DNA of 27,463 bases, taken from an uncultured Clostridia bacterium (lineage in GTDB: Bacteria; Bacillota; Clostridia; TANB77; RGIG9151). The translations under genes were made by a program, and so were the position numbers. Location of the stretch: positions 1 through 27,463 of the forward strand of contig CAKSUD010000019.1 of the NCBI GenBank assembly GCA_934500865.1, given 5' to 3'. How positions within the stretch are numbered: position 1 is the first letter of the stretch; every line of letters starts with the position of its first letter. Positions 1 through 8,492 of the stretch are shown here, one piece after another. The notes under the pieces are model-generated. The model was given only the letters and a program-made list of their open reading frames with translations, was not told where the DNA came from and searched no databases.

Positions 1-21
1 TACATAGCGAAAGGAAACAAA

Positions 22-915
22 ATGGAAATTAAAAAGATAATTGTAGATGAAAGTGGAAAAAGAATAGATAAATACATTTCAGAAAAACTGGATTTGACTA
101 GAAGCAGAGTTCAAAAGCTAATTGATGATGGAATGGTAACAATAAACGGAAATGTTGCAAAAAGCTCGGCTAAAGTTAACGAAGGCGAAGTTTTATCTGT
201 TGAAATTCCGGAGTTAAAGCAGCTTGAAATTGTGCCGGAGGAAATTCCACTTAACATTTTATATGACGATGATGATGTTATAGTTATAGATAAACCAAAA
301 GGAATGGTCGTACATCCTGCTAATGGTAATTATACAGGCACTTTAGTTAATGCGATTATGTCGAAATTTGGAGATAATTTATCCGGAATAAATGGTGTTA
401 TAAGACCGGGGATTGTGCATAGAATAGATAAAGATACATCCGGAGTATTGGTAATTGCGAAAAACGATAAAGCACATTTAAAACTTGCAGAACAATTAAA
501 AGAACATAGTATGACGAGGGTTTATGTTGCAGTTGTTCGTGGAAAACTTAAAGAAAAGGTTGGAACAATTGATGCTCCAATTGGTAGAAATCCTAAAGAT
601 AGAAAGAAAATGGGAGTTGTCGCAAATGGAAAAAGAGCGGTTACTCATTATAAGGTGATTAAAGAATTGGATGATTGTTCGGTTATAGAAGTTCGACTAG
701 AAACGGGCAGAACACATCAAATCAGAGTACATATGTCATATATTGGTCATCCGCTTTTGGGTGATAGTGTATATAGCAACGGCAAAAATAAATATGGATT
801 TGTAGGACAAGCACTACACGCAAAAATACTGGGATTTATACATCCCAGTACCGGTGAATATATGGAGTTTTCTTCTAATCTTCCGGAAGAATTTGAGAAA
901 TTACTTGCCAAATAG
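22..915 (+). CDS. rluD: RluA-family 23S rRNA pseudouridine synthase (RluD-like) with N-terminal S4 domain
   Basis: 297-aa ORF. Catalytic motif HRIDKDTSGVLV, downstream GRTHQIRVH block, and an S4-like N-terminus (RIDKYISEKLDLTRSRVQKLI). Confidence 0.9.
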   Translation: MEIKKIIVDESGKRIDKYISEKLDLTRSRVQKLIDDGMVTINGNVAKSSAKVNEGEVLSVEIPELKQLEIVPEEIPLNILYDDDDVIVIDKPKGMVVHPANGNYTGTLVNAIMSKFGDNLSGINGVIRPGIVHRIDKDTSGVLVIAKNDKAHLKLAEQLKEHSMTRVYVAVVRGKLKEKVGTIDAPIGRNPKDRKKMGVVANGKRAVTHYKVIKELDDCSVIEVRLETGRTHQIRVHMSYIGHPLLGDSVYSNGKNKYGFVGQALHAKILGFIHPSTGEYMEFSSNLPEEFEKLLAK

Positions 916-1471
916 CTTCTAGATTGTTTTTCTTTGTTGAAGAGATAGGAATTATATCTATTTCTTCCGGAGCATTAAGTTCATCTTGGATAACTTTACA
1001 ATAATCATTAACTTTTGTTATTGGGACTTTGTCAGCCTTCGTTGGAACTATAACAAAGTTTAAATCTGAGTTTATTAAGTATTCGTACATAAGTACATCG
1101 TCTTTTGAAGGTTTATGACGTATGTCTACAAGCATCATTACAAGTGCAATGTTTTTTCTTGATTTTAAATATGAGTCGATTACTTTACTGATTTTTTCAG
1201 ATTTTTCTTTTCCCATAACCGAGAAAGAATATCCTGGCAAATCTACAAAGTAAAGTTTTTCATCTATGTTAAAAAAGTTTATTTGTTGGGTTTTTCCTGG
1301 AGTAGAACCTACATACGCTAAATTTTTTCGATTTAAGAGTGCATTTAAAATTGAAGATTTTCCTACATTTGAGCGTCCAACAAATACAACTTCCGGTAAA
1401 TCATCTTTTGGAAATTGGTTTGAATTTACAGCAGATAATATAAATTTTGAATTATGAATATTTAGTTTCAT
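875..1471 (-). CDS. engB: Ribosome biogenesis GTP-binding protein YsxC/EngB (YihA)
   Basis: 198 aa. P-loop GRSNVGKSS, G3 DLPGY, G4 TKADK; length and N-terminus are typical of EngB. The 3' end overlaps the rluD 3' end by 41 nt (convergent). Confidence 0.9.
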   Translation of the reverse strand: MKLNIHNSKFILSAVNSNQFPKDDLPEVVFVGRSNVGKSSILNALLNRKNLAYVGSTPGKTQQINFFNIDEKLYFVDLPGYSFSVMGKEKSEKISKVIDSYLKSRKNIALVMMLVDIRHKPSKDDVLMYEYLINSDLNFVIVPTKADKVPITKVNDYCKVIQDELNAPEEIDIIPISSTKKNNLEAIWQVISQILPED

Positions 1472-1517
1472 TTTTTACACCTTCCTTATTACTAATTCTA
1501 ACACGAAAGGAGAAAAT

Positions 1518-1973
1518 ATGGAAGAAATTTTTATGAAGGAAGCCATAAAAGAGGCAAAAAAAGCATATAAAAAGAAAGAAGTGCCGATTGGGGCTGTAAT
1601 AGTTTACAGGAATAAAATAATTTCACGCGGATATAATTTAAGAGAAAAGAAAAAAAACGCATTACTTCACGCAGAAATAATTGCAATAAATAAAGCTTGT
1701 AGAAAGTTAAAGTCGTGGAGGCTTTCTGAGTGTGACTTATATGTCACAGTTGAACCTTGCCCAATGTGTGCTGGGGCAATTATTCAATCAAGAATAAAAA
1801 ATATTTTTTTTGGTGCATCTGATATTAAAGCGGGATGTGCCGGTTCAAAGGCTAATCTGTTTGAGGAAGGATTATTTAACCACAATGTAAATGTTGCCGG
1901 AGGCATCTTAGAAAGCGAATGTGCGGACTTGTTAAAGGATTTTTTTCATCAATTAAGAAAAGTTGACAAGTGA
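1518..1973 (+). CDS. tadA: tRNA-specific adenosine deaminase
   Basis: 151 aa. CDA zinc motifs HAEIIAI and PCPMCAGA. GAAAGGAG SD upstream of the ATG. Confidence 0.9.
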   Translation: MEEIFMKEAIKEAKKAYKKKEVPIGAVIVYRNKIISRGYNLREKKKNALLHAEIIAINKACRKLKSWRLSECDLYVTVEPCPMCAGAIIQSRIKNIFFGASDIKAGCAGSKANLFEEGLFNHNVNVAGGILESECADLLKDFFHQLRKVDK

Positions 1974-2014
1974 GGAATTTTATAATAAAATCTATGCTGT
2001 TAGGAGAGTGGAAA

Positions 2015-2872
2015 ATGAATAAGCGTTCTAAGAAAAAAAGACTAAAAAGAATAATAAAAGCTACTTCTTTTGCAATTGCTATGACTGCATTTTCTGCTGC
2101 TATTTATGCGACACAATTGAAAGAAGTAAATATAAATTATTTAGGCAATAACATATCTTTTAAAACACTTGCTAGTACGGTGTCAGGTGCATTAAAGGAA
2201 CAAAACATAGAGTTAAAAGATGGCGAAAATGTTTCTGCTTCATTAGACAGCAGACTATTTAGAAGTAATATGATAACCATCGATAAACCTGTTATTGTTG
2301 CACTAGCTGAACCTGTGGTAGAAGATAAGCCTGTGGTTGATGAGGTAGTAGAAGAGGCTAAAGTAGAGGAAACAGTAAAAGTAGAAGAACCTAAAAAAGA
2401 AGAAGTAAAGCCTAAGGCTACTACTAAAGCGGCGGATACTTCTAATGCAACATCTCGTGGTAATACTAGAATGACTTGGGGCCCTGATATAAATGAGATT
2501 GAAGAAGGAGTTTTAGAAACATCTGATGGAAAAATAATTGAATACACAGATGTAATTCAACTTGAAGCTACTGCTTATTGTGCTTGTTATGATTGTTGTG
2601 GAAAATATCCGGGTAACAAATGGTACGGAATAACAGCAACAGGAACTCGGGCTAAAGTAGGAACAATTGCGGTAGATCCTAGAATTATACCATTGGGTAC
2701 TGAAGTCTATATCGAAGGACTTGGTGGTGCTAAGAATTACGGATTTGCTACTGCTGAAGATACAGGTGGAGCGATTAAAGGAAAAATAATTGATTTATAT
2801 TTTAATACTCATAAAGAAACTGTAAATTGGGGTAGACAACAAGTTAATGTATATATATTAAAAGAACAGTAA
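2015..2872 (+). CDS. Membrane-anchored 3D-domain (YabE/YocH/Rpf-like) cell-wall protein with an E/V/K/P-rich linker
   Basis: C-terminal 3D domain (ATAYCACYDCCGK...GITATG...AVDPRIIPLG...AEDTGGAIKG..IDLYF) and an N-terminal KR-rich region plus TM helix. I prefer ATG 2015 (GGAGAG SD at 2003-2008) over the ORF-track start 1970. Confidence 0.75.
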   Translation: MNKRSKKKRLKRIIKATSFAIAMTAFSAAIYATQLKEVNINYLGNNISFKTLASTVSGALKEQNIELKDGENVSASLDSRLFRSNMITIDKPVIVALAEPVVEDKPVVDEVVEEAKVEETVKVEEPKKEEVKPKATTKAADTSNATSRGNTRMTWGPDINEIEEGVLETSDGKIIEYTDVIQLEATAYCACYDCCGKYPGNKWYGITATGTRAKVGTIAVDPRIIPLGTEVYIEGLGGAKNYGFATAEDTGGAIKGKIIDLYFNTHKETVNWGRQQVNVYILKEQ

Positions 2873-2898
2873 AAACTCGGCAAATGCCGAGTTTTTTT
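2873..2898. terminator. Bidirectional rho-independent terminator between the 3D-domain gene and nadD
   Basis: CTCGGC (2876-2881), loop AAAT, GCCGAG (2886-2891), flanked by an A-run on the left and a T-run on the right. It can therefore terminate both convergent genes. Confidence 0.75.
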
Positions 2899-3493
2899 AA
2901 TATAAATTATTATTTTCTATATAATCTATAACTTCCTTAGGTAAGGAATAATTTAATTTGTTTCCGTTTTTAACTTCCTCGCGAATGTATGAAGAACTTA
3001 AATTGCTGTAGATTTTATTGTCAGCAAAAATAATGTTGCTTTTATACTTTTGTATTTCTGGTAAACTGTCTAAGATTTCGTAAAAGTTATCGTCTCCGCG
3101 CCTATAAACTAAAAAAGAATAGTTTGAAAGAAGATAATCAAGATTTGCCCAAGTATCTAATGTTTTAAGTGAATCTGTACCAATTATAAAGTACAATTTT
3201 GCGGTACTATAAACCTTAGAAAGCTTGTCTAAAGTCTGAAAAGCTTTTAATTGTTCAGTTTCATCTATTTCTATTCTTGATACTTCAAATTTTTTATTGT
3301 TATCACAAACACCTTTTAACATATTAAATCTATGTTCAGCAGAAATTAAACCATCTTTTTTGTATTTATCTCCAACAGGTACGAAAATTATTTTGCTAAA
3401 ATCTTTATCGTTATTTAGTATTTCTTGTGCTACTGAAAAATGAAAATTATGAGGGGGATTAAAAGCACCGCCAAAAACTCCTATTTTCTCCAT
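2897..3493 (-). CDS. nadD: Nicotinate-nucleotide adenylyltransferase
   Basis: 198 aa. N-terminal GGAFNPPHNFH (GxFxPxHxxH nucleotidyltransferase motif) and C-terminal ISSSYIRE-type motif. Confidence 0.9.
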   Translation of the reverse strand: MEKIGVFGGAFNPPHNFHFSVAQEILNNDKDFSKIIFVPVGDKYKKDGLISAEHRFNMLKGVCDNNKKFEVSRIEIDETEQLKAFQTLDKLSKVYSTAKLYFIIGTDSLKTLDTWANLDYLLSNYSFLVYRRGDDNFYEILDSLPEIQKYKSNIIFADNKIYSNLSSSYIREEVKNGNKLNYSLPKEVIDYIENNNLY

Positions 3494-3612
3494 ATTTTTT
3501 CCTCACTTTGCTAAAAAAATTACAACAAATGTATTTTAACGTAAAATAGTAAAAAAAGCTAGTTGAAAAATTAAAATAATTATGTAAGAATATATATGTT
3601 GGAGGGATAAAA

Positions 3613-4770
3613 ATGAAAAAACGTACGATTATAGTAAGTTGCTTGGTTGTAATTTTAATTATGGCGGTGTTTACTTATGTACATACTTTCAAAAAGACAG
3701 TTTCAGCCGAAGGAGTAAACAACAATATTGAAGTGGCTTCTAAAAACGAAGTAGAAGAAGTCAAAAAAGAAGAAGTGGTTTATAACGAACCTTTAGTTAA
3801 ATACGAAGGTCCTGTTCATCATGTATTTTTTCATAGCCTAATAGCATATACGAATTTGGCTTTTGATGGAGATAGCAGAGCAAATGGGTATAACTATTGG
3901 ATGACTACTGCCTCTGAGTTTGAAAAAATGCTCCCTGAACTTTTAGAACGCGGATATATTCTATATGACATAGAAGAACTAATGGAAAAAGACCCGGAAG
4001 ATCCTACTAAAATAAAGAAAAAAGATATTTATTTGCCTGAGGGTAAGAAACCCCTTGTAATATCAATAGATGATGTTAACTATTATGAGTATATGAAACC
4101 TGACGGATTTGCTGAAAAGTTAGTGTTAGATTCTGACGGAAGAGTTGCTAATGAAATAAAAAATGAAAATGGCGAATATATTATATCTAGAAAAGCAGAT
4201 GTAATGCCTATTTTAGATGACTTTGTAAGAGAACATCCTGAATTCTCGTATAAAGGTGCAAAAGGTGTTATTGCGGTTACTGGTTACCAAGGTGCATTAG
4301 GTTATAGAATTACCGATTTACAAGGTGAAGAGCTTCAAGTTGCTATAAAAGAAGCAACTAAAGTTGCTGATAAATTAAAAGAAGATGGTTGGAGATTTGC
4401 TTGTCATAGCTATACTCATAATCAATACTTTAAGAAATATACTGTAACTATGGATCAATTAAAATATGATACAGAACGTTGGAAAAAATATATTGCACCG
4501 GTTGTGGGCGATACAAACATCTATATTTCGCCGTTCGGTATAAGATTTAAAACGAACGATGAACGATACAGATATCTGGTTGACCAAGGTTTTAATATAT
4601 TCTGCCCGGTGCAAAAACAGCCTGAACTTAGTCTACATGATGGGGATAATTTGATTATGACTAGATTTAATTTGGACGGATATTCAATGTTTAAGAGAAG
4701 CGAATATATAAATGATAATTATTTTAATGTAGAAAATGTTATAGACAAGTCAAGACCTGATCTTAAGTAA
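3613..4770 (+). CDS. Membrane-anchored/secreted polysaccharide deacetylase-family protein (putative)
   Basis: 385 aa with an N-terminal TM/signal anchor. NodB-like blocks ISIDDVNYYEY and CHSYTHNQ. Strong GGAGGG SD. The family call is from motif resemblance only. Confidence 0.55.
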   Translation: MKKRTIIVSCLVVILIMAVFTYVHTFKKTVSAEGVNNNIEVASKNEVEEVKKEEVVYNEPLVKYEGPVHHVFFHSLIAYTNLAFDGDSRANGYNYWMTTASEFEKMLPELLERGYILYDIEELMEKDPEDPTKIKKKDIYLPEGKKPLVISIDDVNYYEYMKPDGFAEKLVLDSDGRVANEIKNENGEYIISRKADVMPILDDFVREHPEFSYKGAKGVIAVTGYQGALGYRITDLQGEELQVAIKEATKVADKLKEDGWRFACHSYTHNQYFKKYTVTMDQLKYDTERWKKYIAPVVGDTNIYISPFGIRFKTNDERYRYLVDQGFNIFCPVQKQPELSLHDGDNLIMTRFNLDGYSMFKRSEYINDNYFNVENVIDKSRPDLK

Positions 4771-4772
4771 AA

Positions 4773-5237
4773 TTAATCGGATAGTATTTTGACAACTCCA
4801 CAGCCTATTCGTTTGCCGGAATTACCTGCGGGTTCTGTTCGGTAATCGTCTGGGCTTTGATGTATTATTACTGCTTTGTTGATTATGTCAAAGACTGAAA
4901 ACCTGTTAGTGTAAAAGCACATCCTAGAATAGCCGTTATTCGAGAATATAACAGGAAAATCTCCGGCATGATTGCCATGAGGCGAATTGTCCGGATTGTA
5001 GTGTTCGCCTGCTGACATATAAGGCGACTTAGGGTCATCAATTTCACAACTACCGGTTACATGTAAATGGAAGCCGTGTGGACCTACTTGTGGTGTTGTG
5101 TCGGTTGCTTTTTGATATTCAGGAAGTCCAGTAACCTCAACACACACCTCAACTCCACCCGGAATATCCCTAAATATAACCTTGCCTTTTAGATTTGGTG
5201 CATAATCGCTACCTAAAATTTGGGCGTATGCCATCAT
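4773..5237 (-). CDS. sodC: Cu/Zn superoxide dismutase-family protein, no signal peptide
   Basis: 154 aa. HGFHLH (Cu His pair), EHYNP (bridging His), PHGNHAGD (Zn His/His/Asp), IIHQSPDD (Cu His), GKRIGCGVV (Arg and disulfide Cys). The mature beta-barrel begins at about residue 3. GGAGG SD. Confidence 0.85.
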   Translation of the reverse strand: MMAYAQILGSDYAPNLKGKVIFRDIPGGVEVCVEVTGLPEYQKATDTTPQVGPHGFHLHVTGSCEIDDPKSPYMSAGEHYNPDNSPHGNHAGDFPVIFSNNGYSRMCFYTNRFSVFDIINKAVIIHQSPDDYRTEPAGNSGKRIGCGVVKILSD

Positions 5238-5366
5238 AATATTATTACCTCCTATTTTGGGTTTTAATTAATAATATGAAATCTATGTTAAAAAAGTGTG
5301 AAAATACTTTATTATTTTTTGTCTATATGGTAAAATGTGAAAGAAGAAAATTGAGGTGAAATCAAT

Positions 5367-5873
5367 TTGAATAACAAAAGAAATACACGAGGATACGATC
5401 CTTTTATGCCTATAAAATTATCTAATATGGAGAAAAACAGGCTGACTGAAAACATTAGTGTAAATAAATCTACTTTTGTTGATGGTCCGCTTAATTTTGC
5501 TATGTCATCTGATACCTTTAAGCTTGACCTTCCGTCGGTAAAAAAAGGATTTGTTATATTACTTACCAAGAAATCAATCGGAATTGAGAATGAGCTGGGA
5601 ATTAAACTTATGAATGATTTTGTTGTTTCAATGTCGGATGCAGTAATGTTACCTCAATACGTTATTATAATGAATGAAGCGGTTTGCTTACTTAATGATT
5701 CTTTGATTAAAGAGTGTATTTCAAAAATGCAAAAATACGGAGTTAAAGTTTTAGTGTCCGATGAATCAGCTAGATGTTTTAGCGATTTTCAAGGAATTAG
5801 AGGTATAAAACAAGTTACTTCAGCAGATATTGCAGAAAAAATAATATATTCTGAACATTTAGTAAATATGTAA
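5367..5873 (+). CDS. DsrE-like domain protein resembling the C-terminal domain of selenium-metabolism protein YedF
   Basis: 168 aa. The segment from FVILLTKKSIGIENELGIKLMNDF to LPQYVIIMNEAVCLL to KYGVKVLVSDESARCF aligns by eye with the YedF DsrE-like half. TTG start 5367 lies 8 nt after GAGGTG. The N-terminal ~58 aa lack a TusA CPxP motif. Confidence 0.6.
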   Translation: MNNKRNTRGYDPFMPIKLSNMEKNRLTENISVNKSTFVDGPLNFAMSSDTFKLDLPSVKKGFVILLTKKSIGIENELGIKLMNDFVVSMSDAVMLPQYVIIMNEAVCLLNDSLIKECISKMQKYGVKVLVSDESARCFSDFQGIRGIKQVTSADIAEKIIYSEHLVNM

Positions 5874-5932
5874 GGACCGGTTACATATTTATTTTAGAAG
5901 TGCTTGTAACATAAAAGAGGAGGAAAAGAATA

Positions 5933-6559
5933 ATGGAAAAAGAAGAAAAGAAGGAAAAAGAAAAGACAATTTTGGCAGAGGTCCTAGATTGGACTTATTG
6001 TATTGCTTTAGCTGTTGTTATAACATTGCTTATTAAAAACCTTGTATTTAGTACGACTATTGTAAGAAAAGAATCAATGGTACCTACATTACAAGATGGA
6101 AACATATTGGTGGTAAATAGACTTGCACAAGTAACCAAACAACCTTTAGAAAGAGGAGACATTGTAGTTATAGAAGCACCTTTGGGAGTTAAGAGTGGTA
6201 CAAATTTTGCATACTATAAAGATGATAGCTTTATGGAAAAGGTAGGAAAGCTATTTAAGAAAACATTATATATTAAAAGAGTAATAGGTTTGCCTGGAGA
6301 ACATTTAGTAATAGATGGCGATGACATCTATATAAATGGCGAAAAACTTGTTGAGAATTACACAAATCCGGATAGAGAAAAATATCCGCCAGATTATGAC
6401 CAGGATATAGAAATACCTGAAGGATATGTGTTCTGTGTAGGAGATAACAGGGACAGAAGTATGGACTCAAGGTCGTTTGGACTAATCCCAATAGAAAAAG
6501 TGGAAGGAAAAGCTAATTTTAGATTATACCCATTTGACAAATTTGGAAATATAGAATAA
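5933..6559 (+). CDS. lepB: Signal peptidase I
   Basis: 208 aa with an N-terminal TM helix. Catalytic Ser box SMVPTL, KRVIGLPGE (Lys box), GDNRDRSMDSR box. Confidence 0.92.
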   Translation: MEKEEKKEKEKTILAEVLDWTYCIALAVVITLLIKNLVFSTTIVRKESMVPTLQDGNILVVNRLAQVTKQPLERGDIVVIEAPLGVKSGTNFAYYKDDSFMEKVGKLFKKTLYIKRVIGLPGEHLVIDGDDIYINGEKLVENYTNPDREKYPPDYDQDIEIPEGYVFCVGDNRDRSMDSRSFGLIPIEKVEGKANFRLYPFDKFGNIE

Positions 6560-6628
6560 AATATTGCAAGATGCGACATTTAGTGATAAAATCTTAGAAG
6601 CAAATTTAATTTTGTTGGAGGTACTATA

Positions 6629-7036
6629 ATGAAAAAGGTCGAAGTAGATAAATTAATTGGTAAAGCTTTAATTATAACCGGAATAGTTTTATGTATTATG
6701 TTTGGAATGTGGTTAATCCAACAAGGATACTTTAGTTATACAACTGTATTGGCTATGCCAACAGTAATGATTGTACTAAGTAGTTTATCAGCAATAGGAG
6801 CAGTAGCACTTATTGTTTTGGGAACTGCTAAAAACACGAAATTTTATAAAGGTGCAAGTTGCCTTGCAGCTCTTGCAATTTTATTTATGCTTGTAAAGAT
6901 TAATTATGAAATAAAAGCATTACAATTTGCGATTGGTGGAGTAATGGTTAAGTTTTTCCCACTTGCATTGTTAGTGTTATTCTTAGTAGCATTAGTTTAT
7001 TGGGCAGTTACAATTGTTAAAATTGTTAGAAACTAA
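6629..7036 (+). CDS. Hypothetical integral membrane protein (about 4 TM helices)
   Basis: 135 aa. GGAGG SD 7 nt upstream. Four long hydrophobic stretches and no recognisable family. Confidence 0.65.
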   Translation: MKKVEVDKLIGKALIITGIVLCIMFGMWLIQQGYFSYTTVLAMPTVMIVLSSLSAIGAVALIVLGTAKNTKFYKGASCLAALAILFMLVKINYEIKALQFAIGGVMVKFFPLALLVLFLVALVYWAVTIVKIVRN

Positions 7037-7056
7037 TAGAGAGGCTGTTATATATT

Positions 7057-7935
7057 ATGATAAAAAGTATGACTGGTTTTGGGCGTGGTGAATTGTCTTG
7101 TTCCGGAAGAGAGTATGTTGTTGAAATTAAGACAGTTAATCATAGATATCTTGATATAAGTGTAAGATTGCCTAGACAATATGCTTTCTTTGAGGATTTT
7201 GCAAGAAAAGCTGTTGCTAAAGCTATATCTAGAGGAAAAGTAGATATAAATATCCAAGTTAATTCCTTCGGAGATAAGGAAAAAAGTGTTTCTTTTGATG
7301 AAGAATTATTGAGTGTTTACTTAGATGAGGCTATTTCTTTAGAAGAAAGACTTAATATAAAAAACGATTTGACTTTTTGCCGTGCATTGCAATTACCTGA
7401 AGTGGTTAAGGTATCTAATAGTCAAAACGAAGAAGAACTACTTCGTGAGTTCGAAACAGTTTTAAATAGTGCTCTTGATAACCTAAAAGTTATGCGTCAA
7501 GAAGAGGGCAATCATTTAGCTATGGATATTGCTAAAAAGTGTGATGGACTAAATAACATATTTAAAAATGTTGAGGATAGAAGTAAGGATGTTGTTGCAG
7601 AATATAGAGAGAAATTAAGTGAAAGAATAAAAGAAGTACTTCAAGATAAAAGTATTGTTGATGAATCTCGTTTGGCTATGGAGGTAGCTATTTTTGCTGA
7701 TAAATCTAGCATAGATGAAGAAATAGTTAGATTTAAGAGTCATGTAAAACAATTACTAAAGACTCTTGAACTCGAAGAACCGATAGGTAAGAAATTAGAT
7801 TTTATTGTTCAGGAGATGAATAGAGAAGTCAATACAATTGGTTCTAAAGCTAATAATTTAGACATTACTAATTCAGTAATAGAGTTAAAGAACGAAATTG
7901 AGAAAATAAGAGAACAGATACAAAATATAGAGTAA
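7057..7935 (+). CDS. yicC: YicC/YloC-family stress-induced endoribonuclease-like protein
   Basis: 292 aa. Hallmark N-terminus MIKSMTGFGR, C-terminal DFIVQEMNREVNTIGSKA block, and the conserved position upstream of remA. Confidence 0.9.
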   Translation: MIKSMTGFGRGELSCSGREYVVEIKTVNHRYLDISVRLPRQYAFFEDFARKAVAKAISRGKVDINIQVNSFGDKEKSVSFDEELLSVYLDEAISLEERLNIKNDLTFCRALQLPEVVKVSNSQNEEELLREFETVLNSALDNLKVMRQEEGNHLAMDIAKKCDGLNNIFKNVEDRSKDVVAEYREKLSERIKEVLQDKSIVDESRLAMEVAIFADKSSIDEEIVRFKSHVKQLLKTLELEEPIGKKLDFIVQEMNREVNTIGSKANNLDITNSVIELKNEIEKIREQIQNIE

Positions 7936-7950
7936 TGGGGGAGAAGTGCT

Positions 7951-8226
7951 TTGAAACTTATTAATATTGGGTTTGGAAATATTGTTTCGGCGAGTCGTGT
8001 AATTGCGATTGTTAGCCCTGAATCAGCTCCAATAAAGAGAATTATCCAAGAGGCAAGAGATTCTAGTATCTTAATTGACGCAACATACGGAAGAAAAACT
8101 AGAGCAGTTATTATTGCTGACAGCGGACACGTAATTTTGTCTGCAGTTCAACCCGAAACTGTTGCAAACAGATTAAGTGATAAGGATGAGGGTCTTGATA
8201 TCGAGGAAGATATAAGTGAAGAATAA
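7951..8226 (+). CDS. remA: RemA/YlzA (DUF370) biofilm/extracellular matrix regulator
   Basis: 91 aa. [35 protein letters not shown] is near-canonical RemA. TTG start follows the GGGGGAGAAG SD. Confidence 0.9.
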   Translation: MKLINIGFGNIVSASRVIAIVSPESAPIKRIIQEARDSSILIDATYGRKTRAVIIADSGHVILSAVQPETVANRLSDKDEGLDIEEDISEE

Positions 8227-8253
8227 ATTCAATTATGAAAGGATATGGTAAAA

Positions 8254-8466
8254 ATGTTAACAGAACCACCTATTAATAAACTATTAGAAAAGACAGATAG
8301 TAGGTATACTTTGGTAATCGAAACTGCAAAACGTGCAAGACAAATTGCACAAGGTGACGAACCATTAGTTGAATGTTCATCAAAGAATCCGGTAACTATT
8401 GCTGCAAATGAAATTGCACAAGATAAAGTTACTTATACTAAAGCTAAAGAAGATAATGAAGACTAA
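8254..8466 (+). CDS. rpoZ: DNA-directed RNA polymerase subunit omega
   Basis: MLTEPPINKLLEKTDSRYTLVIETAKRARQI matches the Firmicute RpoZ N-terminus. ATG 8254 is preferred because the AAAGGA SD is 10 nt upstream; the ORF-track ATG 8245 is only 1 nt from the SD. Confidence 0.88.
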   Translation: MLTEPPINKLLEKTDSRYTLVIETAKRARQIAQGDEPLVECSSKNPVTIAANEIAQDKVTYTKAKEDNED

Positions 8467-8492
8467 AATTATTAAGATTTAGGGGTGCAGAC

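Noticed and set aside
2137-2547. 136-aa minus-strand ORF antisense to the 3D-domain gene
   Set aside because: It is the complement of the E/V/K/P-rich linker, giving an S/T/L-rich shadow translation. There are no start signals, and the + strand frame carries the TM anchor and the 3D domain.
2290-2620. E/V/K/P-rich low-complexity repeat and the Cys cluster (CACYDCCG) in the 3D-domain protein as a possible novel feature
   Set aside because: Charged proline/valine-rich linkers and a Cys-containing TAYC.C..CCGK version of the 3D domain are, to my knowledge, common in clostridial 3D-domain wall proteins. There is no evidence of anything beyond a spacer.
5874-5932. Hairpin-like GTTACA...TGTAAC after the YedF-like gene, and a 5-bp GAGCT/AGCTC hairpin with T-run at 19173-19195 after plsC
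   Set aside because: The stems are only 5-6 bp, with a long or AT-rich loop. That is too weak to call terminators with confidence, and read-through into lepB and ispH respectively is likely.
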